A stretch of 64,000 bases of DNA, taken from NCBI GenBank assembly GCA_030704615.1, contig CM060732.1:53754001-53818000 (forward strand). The letters are read 5' to 3'. The notes beneath the pieces were generated by a model. The model was not told the DNA's origin. It did not search any database and saw only the letters and a program-made list of their open reading frames with translations. This DNA is from Takakia lepidozioides (lineage: Eukaryota; Plantae; Bryophyta). This document shows, piece by piece, positions 12,472 to 25,003 of the stretch; position 1 is the stretch's first letter, and every line of letters starts with the position of its first letter. The translations under genes were made by a program, and so were the position numbers.

Positions 12472-15400
12472 ATGGCGGCCTGCTGCGGCGCTCTCCTGCG
12501 AGCTGAGGGAGAGGCCAGACTCAAGGTCATCTCTTTCCTATGCGGTGAACGAGCTAGAGGCATCACATCATGCTGCGGATCAATGGGCCAGGATTTGGAG
12601 CTCAAGTGGGCAGCTACCATGGCAAGAGGAGGACCGAGACCCTTGCGACTCCTGCTTCCCCAGCTTCCAGGGAATGCGAAGACAGGTTGGACATGCAACT
12701 AACTGTTTTCTTAGGTATCTGTAAACTGTGTGCTTTGGAACGATCCTGTCTCTTCTATAGTGTCCTTGACTGGGAAATGTCACCATGTCTATCGAATTGG
12801 TTTTCTGTATGGCCATGCAATAGCTGAGGAAGGCAAGTACGTTTTTATCTTGTTTCCATTCATTGCACGAGGGAACAGACAGAGGTGCTTGTTTGGAACA
12901 AGAGCCCTTTGGGTGTAAGCATCGCGCACTCCTTCATGTGTAGAGCAGTGCAAAACCGCAATTGGGAGTTGCACCTGGAGATGTATATAGGGATGCATAA
13001 AGCGCAGACAGTGCCCTTTGACAGTTCTCTACGAGTGGTGACTATCACACAGACCCTTGAGGATCCTTGAGTCTGGGTCACCACCCCACCCAGTTTCATG
13101 ACTTCCACGAACCAGGGCATAGAAACTCAATCCAAGAACCACCAAGTGGTCATGCGCAGCCGACAACAATCCGGTCACGGGAATATACTGTTGATGTAAG
13201 AGCTGGTACAGACATCCAGCTAGGTAACAGAAGTTGAAGGCCAGCGCTACTGCTACCCCACTCCCCATCAAAGCAATGACACATGTGGCTGTGATTGCAC
13301 TGCCATGGGAAAGGACGGGCAGAGAGACAAATGTTACTAGCATAGGATCCCAGGGGATTAGGGGCTGCTAAAGATTTATGTTTTTAGTGGTGTTTTGCAT
13401 GCAGGCCACGCAATAAGCATAGAACGCCTAAGCACAATGGGATGGTGGATGGATATCAGAGTACGGCTCTAGTTCTGGTGTGAGCATAGGAGCTCCATTC
13501 TGGCCTCAAGACTGGAGTACAGATTCTGGTGGGATGGGAAAATTTGACCTCCCGACACAGTCTTATGAAGCACAGACTGTGCAGGAATGTGAGTATCACT
13601 CACAATCGACCTGGTTGAGTGTCTCTATGAAATATACAACGATGGCCAACATTAGCTCTTTCAGTATAGTTCGTTGGTGCTATGTTTCTGTGTTTCTTTG
13701 TGACTCATGCACAGAGAGAGACCAGAGAACAGAAGTGTTCTTCCAAGGGGAGTACAGCTCTTCAGTAGATGCAGAAGCAATGCAACACCAGAAATTTTCT
13801 CATCTTCTTACAATTCTTACCTGCAGGTGAAGCAATCAGACAAGGACAGCTCCGGCAAGAGTTGTTCTTGGACCTTTCACAATGGTGGGACAGCAGGTGT
13901 GAGGTGAGCCTAATCATGAGATCCCTTAACTAGACGGTATGAGTAGGTTGAACTCACTTATTAGTAAGGTATGATATAAGGTACTTCAGGATTCTTCCCT
14001 GTTTCCTTAAAGCTGCTTGGAGGTTTGGTTGTAGCCAGAGAAATGTGAGGCTGTGGGTGAAGCGACAGCTGCTCAGCTACCCACCTGTGGTTTTGCAGAA
14101 AACGTCAAGATCACCTGAATTTAGACCTAAACACTCAGATGTCCTCTGGATTCATAGTTGGTCAAACCCTCCCTGGGTTGAAGCAGAGCCATCCGGCATG
14201 ATACAAGTTTCAGCACAATCTGGTGATGGTCCTAATGTGGGCGTACGTCCTGGAGCTCCAGGCCAAGAATACATCAGGTTATTCAAGGATTCCTACTCAA
14301 TCAGATAGGAGATTTACGAGGTGGTTTTGAAGTAGTTCACTGCTCTAGTCTTGTATCCCTGTTGTGTTAATCGAGCGGGAAGCTTGTCCTCAGCGAAAGA
14401 TAGTCCCTTGCAGTAGCCAGGAATATATTCAGGCATATTTCGAATATTTGGATGCACAGGTTTATAAAGGAAGATTTTTCATGTCATGCAGGATGACAAT
14501 GTTGAGACAGGCACAATTGCTTGTTGGAGAGCAAACTAGTAATTCCACCATCACCGCTGCTTTTGAAACAGGACCGAGAGAAGGCGCCTACAAGAATGGC
14601 ACTTGTGGGGATGTGAAGATACTGTGTAAGGGAGGACAAGTGAAAGAGGCGTTGCACATTTTGAACCAACCAGGTTTTCAGGCAGACTCGAATACTTATG
14701 TGCATGTCTTGCAGGAGTGCATCAACAGGAAATATCTTGCAGAGGGAAAGCAGGTGCATGCCCACATTATCCAAAGCGGATGCAGGGCAAGTATCTTTCT
14801 ATTCAACACTCTAGTAAACATGTATGTGAAGTGTGGGAGCATAGTGGCTGCCCGCCAAGTGTTTGATGAAATGTCAGAGCGGAATCAGTGTTCGTGGAAT
14901 ATTATGATAGCTGGATATGCCAAGCATGGGTGTATTTGGAAGGCTTTTGATATCTATAAGCAAATGCAATGGAAAGGGGTGGCGTGCAACAGGGTCACAT
15001 TCATCTCTGCTCTCAATGTGTGTGCTAGCCTAGGAGACCTGGAAAAGGGCAAAGCAGTCCATGCCGACCTCATCCAAGCTGGAATTGTGCCAGATATAGT
15101 TCTGGAGACTGCCCTTGCTGACATGTATGCTAAATGTGGGAGTATGAGAGATGCGCGTCAAGTGTTTGACAATATGGCCGAACGAAATGTGGTCTCATGG
15201 AGTGCAATGATTGCAGGATATGCTCAGCATGGTTGTGGTAATGAGGCTTTTAATATCTACGAGCAGATGAAACGGGACGGTGTGCCGTCCAACGCGGTCA
15301 CGTTCATTTGTGTCCTTAATGCATGTGCCAGCCTAGGAGTCCTAGAAAAGGGCAAAAAGGTCCATGCTGACATCAAGAAATCTGGACTAAGTACATTTAT

Positions 15401-16718
15401 AAATTTGGACAATACCCTTGTTGACATGTATGCCAAATGTGGGAGCGTGAAGAATGCGCGGATTGTTTTTGACAGTATGGCCAAACGAAATGTGGTCTCA
15501 TGGAGTGCAATGATCGCAGGATATGCTCAGCATGGATGTGGTAGGGAAGCTTTTGAGCTTTATGAACAAATGCAGGAGGAAGGGGTGACACCCAACTCAG
15601 TCACGTTCATTGGCCTTCTGAATGCATGTGCCACCTTAGGAGCCCTGGAGAAGGGCAAAGGAATCCATGCTGACATCATGAAAGCAGGAATTGCATCCTG
15701 TGTTAAGAGGGAGAACACCCTTGTGAACATGTATGCCAAATGTGGGAGCATACAGGATGCACGTCAAGTGTTTGACAAAATGAGTGAACGAAATGTGATC
15801 TCATGGACTGCGATGATGGCAGGATATTCTCTCCATGGGTGTGGTGGGGAGGTCCTCCACCTATTTCGACAAATGCAACAGGAAGGCTTGAAGCCAGACA
15901 GTATCACCTTTATATCTGTTCTCTGTGCGTGTAGCCATGTGGGCCTATTGGATGAAGGCCGTTATTATTTCGATTCTATGAGTCAAGAGCATGGCCTCAC
16001 TCCCACAGTAGAGCATTTTAGCTGCTTGGTGGGCCTTCTTGGTCGTGCAGGGAAATTTGATGAGGCAGAGGACTTAATTAGCAAAATGCCAATCCAACTG
16101 GATGCTGGGGTGTGGGTGACCTTGCTTGGGGCCTGCAGAATTCATAGTAATGTGGGGGTGGCAGAACGTGCAGCCAAAAAAATTCTCAAGGGTGATCCAC
16201 AGCAGCATGCAGCTTTCGTCCTGCTATCAAACATCTATGCTGCAGTTGGCAGGTGGGATGATAAAGCAAAGTTAAGAAAAATGATGGAGGGCAGAGTTGT
16301 CAGAAAAGATGCAGGGGTAAGCTATGTTGAGGTAGGAAACCAGGTGCATTCATTCGTTGCAGAACAGAAATTGCATCCACATATTGACGAAATCCATGCT
16401 GAGCTGAAGAGATTGTCAGGGCAGATGAAGGAGGCTGGGTACGTGCCTGACACACAGTTTATATTGCATGATTTAGAGGAGGAGCAAAAGGAATTATCTC
16501 TTTGCCACCACAGTGAGAAGTTGGCCATCGCTTTTGGTCTCATCAGCAAGCCCCCTGGGACACCTATCTCTGTTATAAAAAACCTTAGGGTGTGTGGTGA
16601 CTGCCACAATGCCACCAAGTTCATCTCTAAGATTGTTGGGCGAGCGGTTCTTCTCCGAGATGCCAACCGCTTTCACCACTTCCAAGATGGGGTTTGTTCT
16701 TGTGGGGACTACTGGTGA
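12472..16718 (+). CDS. PLS-class PPR-E-DYW protein; proposed exons 12472-12685, 13827-13903, 14039-14277, 14492-16718 (~918 aa)
   Basis: Intact ORF 14364-16718 with HSEKLA, CGDCH and DYW. Acceptor TCATGCAG|G at 14491/14492 is phase-compatible with donor ATCAG|GTT at 14277. Confidence 0.9.
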
Positions 16719-18312
16719 AAAGAAGTGACATACTTGTAAGATATCATCATCATGACAAAAATGGTTTTAGCAGGGCTGTAAAGTAGGCTGGTAGAGGAAG
16801 TGGTTCTTCCTGTTGCTATGAGTAGCTATCCTTCGGGGCTTGAACATAAGCTGCTCAAGGCTGTTCCCACGCCACATGATAGATTTGTGGGCCTTGTAGC
16901 CTGGTCTTGGTTGGCTGGTGGTTCTCAGAGGAAAGTCCAAAAAGACCAGACTTCAGACAATTGCTCAAATGAGGCCTTTTGGATTGAGAGAGTGACAACA
17001 TCCTCCTTGGATGGGTGAGAGCGAAATCCTGTAGCAATGGCCATGATGCAGGATGGACTGAAGTCCTACACCCTCCAGACCTTGAATACAACAGTTACTG
17101 TCTGGATGATGATTTAGTTGAAACTCAACAGATAGAACTGGTACATTTACCAGCTGCTTGTATGAAAGATGTATCACAGATGATTTTGGATTCTATTTTA
17201 TATTTGGAGAAAGGCGACACTACAATGCCTACAGGGATTGAAATTGAGGAAAAACTAACCTCGAAGAAGCCATGGAGGCTTACAAGCAACAGGCAGGTTT
17301 GTTTGGGATAATTGCTTCTGTTTCATCCTTCTTTTGTGGAACTTGTAAGTTCTTAAAGCGTCCTGGTTTATGTCATCACTCTTGCCTGAATTTGCCATAT
17401 CCAAATCCAGAAGAAAAGATTCTGGTTCAGTCATAAACCTAGGATTATGATTATAAGCTCCAGATTCTCTTCTCTTGTTTTCATGGAGGGGCTTTCCTCC
17501 AATAGCATCTGCTCATGGTCGCAGAGGTCGTCGCATGGCCCAGTTTTGAGCAGGTTGGACATTCTACTCCACGATGGTCACATCACCCTTATATTTAAGC
17601 ACTCCCACAAGGCTGTCTAAGTGGCAGCTTCATGTGTCTGTATGCTGACAAACGTTTTAGAAGCTCAATGACAAGGGGAGAAAGGTCTTCAAGAGAATCC
17701 TGACTTGAGAGGGGAGGGAGGGAGCGAGCCTTACGGAGTAGGCAAGATTATATTCGTAATGTTTTCCTCTGTCGTACCCGCATCAGCTGCGGCCTTTTGT
17801 GCGTGACACATACTTTCCAAGCCAGATCGTTTTCTTCCACATTGACGAGACACTTCTGGATTCCTCGCTACACAAACTCAAATGAGCGCGTCTCCGTCAT
17901 TTTCTCCGAGACGAGCGGAGGCTGGGCTCTGGTCCCCAATGGCAGAGTCATATGGAGTTAGTTCTTCCATCACAAACTTAGAGAAGGGATGGAAACGACC
18001 TGTTTACCAAGAATTATAGAAGAGATTACAGAAGCAATGGTTCTGGAAACTGAGATCTTTCGTTAGTTTGAGTTCGGATGCCCCACATAGAACACATATA
18101 TACAGTTCTAGCAATGGATACAAGTTGCGGCTTGTCATGTCAACTGGGGTTCACTGTGAATATAGTTCAGACCTCCTTCTAGGTGAGATCTCAATCCCCA
18201 AGTTGAGTAAAAGGGGGATTTAGTAATCATCTTGTCTTCAAGAAGAAGGTCGGCGAGCTCTTCACGAAAATGCTAAGTACAGACAAAGTGGGCCACCGGT
18301 GCGATGGGAGCG

Positions 18313-18979
18313 ATGGCAGACTCGTCCGCCGCTGTCACTAGCGCGCGAGAGAACATTTCCAACGTGCTGCATTCTTCTTGCTGTGAGCAGACGGGAAGAT
18401 TCGCATTGTGCAGCAGGTTGTCGGAGTACACGGTGGAGCCAAAATGGGTTTCCAGCTTAGCAATGCCGTATCTCGACTGATCGCTGGGACGCCTTCCCAG
18501 CCTTCATGGACGCCCAAGAAAGGTGTAGACACGTAATTCTTTCCGTATTTTCTTTGATTTGCTGTATTGTGTGCTCGAGAGTGAGGCAGACTCTATACTT
18601 GAGTATCGTACCAAATATTGAAATTTGTATTATGTCTCTTGGTTCGATTGATAACGGATTGCATAACGGATTGCATGAGAGAGAAGAAGAACTTCATTAT
18701 ATCCGCAGGAGGCCCAAGGGTGCAGGTAGTTGCTTACTTTGCTTGCTTGCACGCTCGCGTAGCACAGCCGTATGGGATATCCTGTTTTGGGGCGAATTCC
18801 CGCTAGATTTTTCACGCGAATCCCATGGAAAAAGCCGCTGACGTTCCAAGACTTGCAAATATTTGGAGGGCTACTAGTTGTGAAAGTGTGACATACATTT
18901 TTGTGGTCCCTGAGCAGTGCAAAGTGAAAATCTCCAAGGGGAGAGAAGGAAGAAATTTGAAACGTCCAGATAGGGCTAC

Positions 18980-19034
<55 letters not shown>

Positions 19035-21822
19035 GATGCAGCATTGCAGTCTTGAACCTTTCCCTGCAAACACTGGCCTAACAAACCCTTGAGGCTGTAA
19101 TCTCTTCAGAATGTGGACCCTAATTGTGGATATTCTACACACTGAGGTATGGGAACTGAGCCAGCAAACCCACATGCTAAAATCCACAGCAGGGCCTGTA
19201 AACGTCATACAACTCATATATAGCCATCAGGTTTGATTCCAGAACTGTTACTCTGAGCAACCAATCTGATACAGAAATAGTAGATGTGGCCTGCAGGGGC
19301 AGAAACATGGAGAACATTAAGACAAGAATAATTTCTTATGTCTAAGAGAGACCGAAAGAGAGAGAGAGAGGTTACTTATGTAAACAGCCAACCTAGCTTT
19401 CCTCTTTAAGACCCAGAGCAATGGGGATCTGCTGAAGACCTTTGCCCAAGCAATAGTACTCCTCTATAAAGATTGGCAGTCTGTCATTTTGATGAAATTT
19501 GTCTTTGGATTACCTAGGAACTCGAAGATAAATTATGAGTTGGAATGTGACAGTGTGTAACACAGAGTTTTGAGTCATGCAGGGTGGTAGGGTGAATGAC
19601 ACACACTTGTTTGAATCAGGGGTCTCCATGATGATCCAGGCCTTTGTAAGAGGACCAAGGGAGGGAGTTACGTATAACTCTTCTGGCATCTTTGGGAATG
19701 TGAGGAAACTATGTAAGGAAGGACGACTGAAAGACGCGCTGCACTTGTTGAACCAAGGAGCCATTCCAGCAGACTCCACTACTTAAGTTACATCTGTCTC
19801 TTGCAGGAGTGCACCAAAATTAAAGACGTAGCATCCGGAAAGCAGGTGCACATTCACATTATCCAGAGTGGATTTAAGCCAAGCATTTTTGTACTCAACA
19901 CAATTGTCAACCTGTATACCAAGTGCGGGAAGGTGTTGGAGGCCCACCAGGTGTTTGACAATATGCCTGATCGTGATATGTTTATGTGGAGCATGATGAT
20001 TGCAGGATATGCCAAGCATGGACATGCTGAAAAGGCTTTCAAAATATATGAGCAAATGCAAGGAGAAGGGTTGGTGCCAGACATGGTCACGTTCACTTGT
20101 GTTCTCAATGCATGTGCCAAGCTTGGAGCTCTGGAAAGGGGCCAGCGAGTCCATTCTGACATCATCAAAACTGGACTTGTGTCAGACGTTACCTTGGAGA
20201 CTACCCTTGTTGACATGTATGCCAAATGCGGGAGTATAAAAGATGCACGACAGGTGTTCGACAAAATGGTGAAACGAACCGTGTTCTCTTGGACAGCCAT
20301 GATTGCAGGATATGCCAAATGCGGGGGCTTAAAAGATGCACGCCAATTGTTTGACAGTATGGTTGAACGAAATGTGGTCTCTTGGAATGCTATGATGGCA
20401 GGATATACCCAACATGGGCAAGTTGAAGAGGCTTTCAAACTGTACAAGCAAATGCATGGGGAACGGGTGATACCCAACGGGGTCACGTTCATTTGCGCTT
20501 TGAATGCTTGTGCCAGCATAGGAACCCTGGAAAAGGGCAAGCAGGTCCATGTTGACATTCTCAATGCTAGAACTCCATCATCTATTAATTTACAGACAAC
20601 CCTTGTTGACATGTATGCAAAATGCGGCAGCACAAAGGATGCACGTCAAGTGTTTGACCAAATACCTCATAGAGATATGGTCTTAAGGGGTGACACCAGA
20701 TGGGGTCAACATTCATTTGCGTTCTGAACGCGTGTGCCAGCCAAGGAGCCCTGGAAAAGGGCAAGCAGATTCATGCTGACATCCTCAAGGCTGGAATATC
20801 CTCATGTATTAACTTGGATGACCACTCTTGTTGATATGTATGCCAAATGTGGGAGTGTAAAAGATGCACGCCGAGTGTTCGACAAAATGGCGAAACAAGA
20901 TTTGGTCTCAAGGAATGCCATGATCGCAGGATATGCTCAACATGGGTATGGTGAAGAGGCTTTCCAAACATATGAGCAAATGCAACAGCAAGGTTTGAAG
21001 CCAGATAGTATCACCTTTGTGTCTCTTCTCTCTGCATGTAGCCATATGGGCCTAGTGGATGAAGGCCGTCACTACTTTAACTCCATGAGTGAAAATCATG
21101 GCCTCACACCTACAGTGGAGCATTTTGGCTGCATGGTGGATCTTCTTGGACGTGCAGGGCTACTGGATGAGGCAGAGGACTTAATCAACAATATGCCGGT
21201 TGAGCCAGATGCAGGGTGTGGCGGGTGTTGTTGGGTGCCTGCAGAATATATGGCAATGTGGAGCTAGCAGAACATGCTGCAAAATGGATTCTCACGTGGG
21301 ATCCACAGCATCCCGCAGCATATGTACTGCTATCCAACATCTATGCTGTAGCTGGTAGGTGGGAAGAGAAAGCCAAAGTGAGGCAAATGATGGACGAAAG
21401 AGGTGTCAGAAAGGAGCCAGGGCGCAGCTGCATTGAGGTGAACAACCATGTGCATGAGTTCACTGTAGAAGACAAATTGCATGCCCTTTGGGGAAATCCA
21501 TGTTGAGCTCAAGAGATTGTCTGGACATATAAGGGAGGCTGGGTATGTGCCTGACACCCGCTTTGTACTGCATGATGTGGAGGAGGAGCAAAAAGAAGTC
21601 TCTCTTGGCTACCACAGTGAGAAGCTGGCCATTGTTTTTGGGCTCATCAGCACTCCCCCTCAGACGTCAATCCGTGTTATCAAGAATCTTCGGATGTGCG
21701 GTGACTGCCACACAGCCACCAAGTTCATCTCAAAGATAGTTGAGCGAGCACTTATTGTACGGGATGCCAATCGTTTTCACCACTTCCAAGATGGGGTTTG
21801 CTCCTGCGGAGATTACTGGTGA
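18313..21822 (+). pseudogene. PLS-DYW PPR pseudogene with multiple frameshifts and deletions
   Basis: PPR-DYW sequence split over ORFs 19577-19786, 19801-20727, 20734-21267, 21216-21506 and 21481-21822. A homolog of leader exon 1 at 18313-18522 contains an in-frame TGA (18478-18480). Confidence 0.9.
18984..19030. repeat. (GA)n microsatellite
   Basis: About 23 perfect GA units. Confidence 0.95.
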
Positions 21823-22292
21823 ATCAAGCAATGTGCAACATAAAAGAAAGTGTGTTGCTTGAAAGGTGAGGGTGCAGAGGTAATGATCTGTTGTCATTAA
21901 TGTAGACATTGGAAGGTGAGAAGTAGTGCCAGAGGTCTCTGGGTATGCTAGCCTGTGTGAGTCAAGAAATAATTCAGGGGCGTGCTCACAATGGTATTTG
22001 ACGCATACTGGAATGCAGGGCTGCTGATGGGAGCCTGAAGTCAACAAAGTAGAAGCTGCACAGAGAACCTAACCAAAAGTCAGCGGAGGCTAGTTGGAAG
22101 ACGATCGTCGTCGCGGCCGGCTCGTCTTCCCCACTATGCAGGGCACTATCTTGCATTGCGAGGGAGCAGTTGGAGCTTCTCATATGTTATGAGCCCAAAA
22201 AGAGGGTGTGTATATCAACCCACTTTTTTTCCTTTCCAGGCTAGAAGGAAACGTGGCACACTTGCTCTTGTTGGGGTTCAGCTTAGACATGG

Positions 22293-24956
22293 TGTTGCTT
22301 GAGGTACTGGATCTGGAATTTAGGGCAGTGTAGGCTCTTCCTGGCAACAGCAGGCAAGGGCAATTTGTGGATTTTATGGTTTGTGGTATTTTGAGTCATA
22401 AGGCTATGGCAGTAGGAGAATTGTTACTTTCACACCACATCCCGCAAGGTCTGTAAGAAGTCCAACTACACCTTTGCACGGTGTCCACCTATGAACATTT
22501 AGGAGATCTCTTGCAACTAGCAGAGGAAGTTTGCTGGAGAAATTTCATAGTATTAAGACACCAGCCCTGTTTGCTTCAGCACAAAATGTGACCAGGGCCG
22601 TGGATAGGTTGAGCTTCTAGTATGCTAATTTTGACTGATGTACTGGAGCTTATGTACACTGTTTGCAGCTTCAAATTGGGTCCTTAATAGCATTAAAATA
22701 GGTTGGAGAGACAGAGACTTCGACACCATCCATCCCGATATATGAATGGTTGGTTTTGTTGGCGGGAATGACTTGGCGGTTTCCAGCAAGCAAGTGAGCC
22801 GCATGTGGCATCACTGCATCTCCTGATGGCTCTTTTGAGATTGCTGTAGGTAGGTTTTTTGGTAGTCCTACACGTCTTTGTTCTATTTTGTGGGAACTTC
22901 TCATTTTTATGCAACACCTTCATTTCCACGACTTAAGTTGGAGCATACTGGTGGGAAAATTCACTAGGTTCTTCAGGGTGTTGTAGGTGCAGGACAAAGG
23001 AGGGAAACAACCAAGGGAAATGAAGAAAGTGATGATGAAATGTACTCATAGGCTTGGACCCAAAGTCTGGTTTTAATAGAGCAGAAGAGGGGAGGAGAGG
23101 TGCAGCCCACCAGGACATATGAGATAAGCCAATTACATGGAATTAAGTGCATGCGACTGGTTCCAGCACTGCCACTCCTGCCCTCTAGCAGTTACAAATG
23201 GGACAGGTGTGGATATAGTTGCGCTCTGTCACTTTGTTGAACAAAAAGGGGATAGAGGGGCACCTGGGTTATATAAAACTTGATCTTGGGACTTTGTCTC
23301 ATTTTTCTTCAGAAGGACAGGGAATTCTATTCTGGCGTGCCTATATTTCCATGCCAAGAAAATCTTTGGAGAAAAAAGACAAGTTGAGGATTGATGTGCT
23401 CCACGCTAATGTCTGGCAAATTGCTATGATGGGTTATGCACAGGGGCAAAATCCAGGTTTTCTGAGATCTAGATCAGAAAGGAAGAAACGTTCTCCAAAG
23501 AAGAGATCTTCTCTTGAAGCTGGCGATGTTCTTGAGTTCTTACATGGGAACGCACCTTACAGGTTCATATCAGAGTCATGGCAGAATGTCTCCCTGCAGG
23601 CACGGAGAATGTCAACATCATCCCTTGTCAGCAAGAAAGAGGTGGAGACTGTGATTAGTGCTAATGTATCAGAGCCACGCAAGCATGGGTCACTGGAGAC
23701 CCAGAAATGGTCAACATCATTGGCTGTAAGCAAACAAGAGGTAGACTATTGTAAGTACTCCCAGTGACGAGGAAGAGAATGGATAGAAAACCGAAAGGCA
23801 GTTGCTGGAACAGGAGGTCTTCGGTCGAGCTTTACAGGTAAACTCATTAAAAAACATCTTTAACTTATGTTCCGTTTAAGGATGTCAGAGTTTTTGTTGG
23901 TCTCTCAACAATTGTTCCTCATTTGTCATGCATTTTGCATGAGATTCTGTGATTGAACCGTTCACCGTTCAATTTGGACTAGGTCACATTCTTGCATCAA
24001 AGTCCAGAGATTCAGAGGTGACAAAGCTACTGCCTGGTTGGGGACATTTTGAGCAGGCATTGGTTGGGGATAGAAGATGCAGTGTAAATGGGGCCTTCTT
24101 GTGCTGCATTGACAGAAGCCCAAGATAGAGAGCTCACTGAGGGGTTGAATGCTCCATTTACTGCTGCGTTCCAAAGGAGGCTTGGTCTTATAAACAGATG
24201 GTCTTGCAAGGTGAACCAAACTTGGTGGGTGTTGTGTTGGTCTGTTATGTTGATCAGGAAGAGGAGGATAATGCTGTCAGAGAGGCAACTCAACGAACTG
24301 CATCATTGTCTCATGATTGTGGCCCATGCTTGGATGCAAGGGTGTATGGAAAGGAGAAAATCTTAAGCTCTAATGCTCAAGCATCTTGCCTAACAAGCTC
24401 TAGTTTTAGGCTCATGCAAGTTAAACATTTGCCATTGTGGGCAAAGAATGTATCGATCATCATTCAAGATGTTATCCAAGTATGATTGGCATCACTGTTC
24501 CTATCAGTTGAGGGCCAAGTTTATCAAAGTGTAATTTTACATCTCGATTCATACATGATTTTGATGTATCTAAAATTATAACCCAGAACGTTCCCCCGGG
24601 GCGTGACACTGCATTTTTGGCCTGTTCAGCTATTGTGTTTACTTGGCTTTGGACCTCTAATGCCTTCTCAACAGACATTGTCAGATAGACATTTCTATAT
24701 CTACTTGCCATAGTGGCGGATCTCTCCAACTTCTTCAGGCATGATTTGCATCTTAAAATACTGTCAGCAATCGCCAATTATACAGCAAAGCCAATTGTCA
24801 ATGAACATATAGTATTTGTTGCTATGGCCTGGACCAGGGCAGTATCTTAATGCACATTGGATTGAATAATGCTAGTGGTTGTCAGAGAGGTCACCAAGTA
24901 TTGTGAGAACCCCAAAGGAAAGATGATTGCTGGGCCCAGACAATCTCAGAGGTAAT
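22293..24956 (+). pseudogene. Partial unprocessed TDP1 duplicate (FHA-region exons and introns), inverted relative to the parent gene
   Basis: Reverse-complement match to ~47080-43906. Frameshifts in the FHA exon (~22800) and at ~23742, internal deletions, no HKN catalytic exons. Confidence 0.92.
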
Positions 24957-25003
24957 ATGGTAGTCTCTGGACGCTGTGCAGGGTAACAGTAGTTGGATTA
25001 TCT

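Larger units (their letters stand above)
7238..16718. repeat. Large imperfect inverted duplication: arm 7238-~11578 versus arm ~12396-16718
   Basis: Exons and introns align in reverse complement throughout (for example 10110-10186 vs 13827-13903). Similarity stops at the stop codons. Confidence 0.95.

Noticed and set aside
16800-18300. Short ORFs after the second PPR gene
   Set aside because: No recognisable domain or consistent exon structure.
18630-19217. 195-aa ORF with an SLSLSL run
   Set aside because: Produced by the (GA)n microsatellite within the PPR pseudogene leader region.
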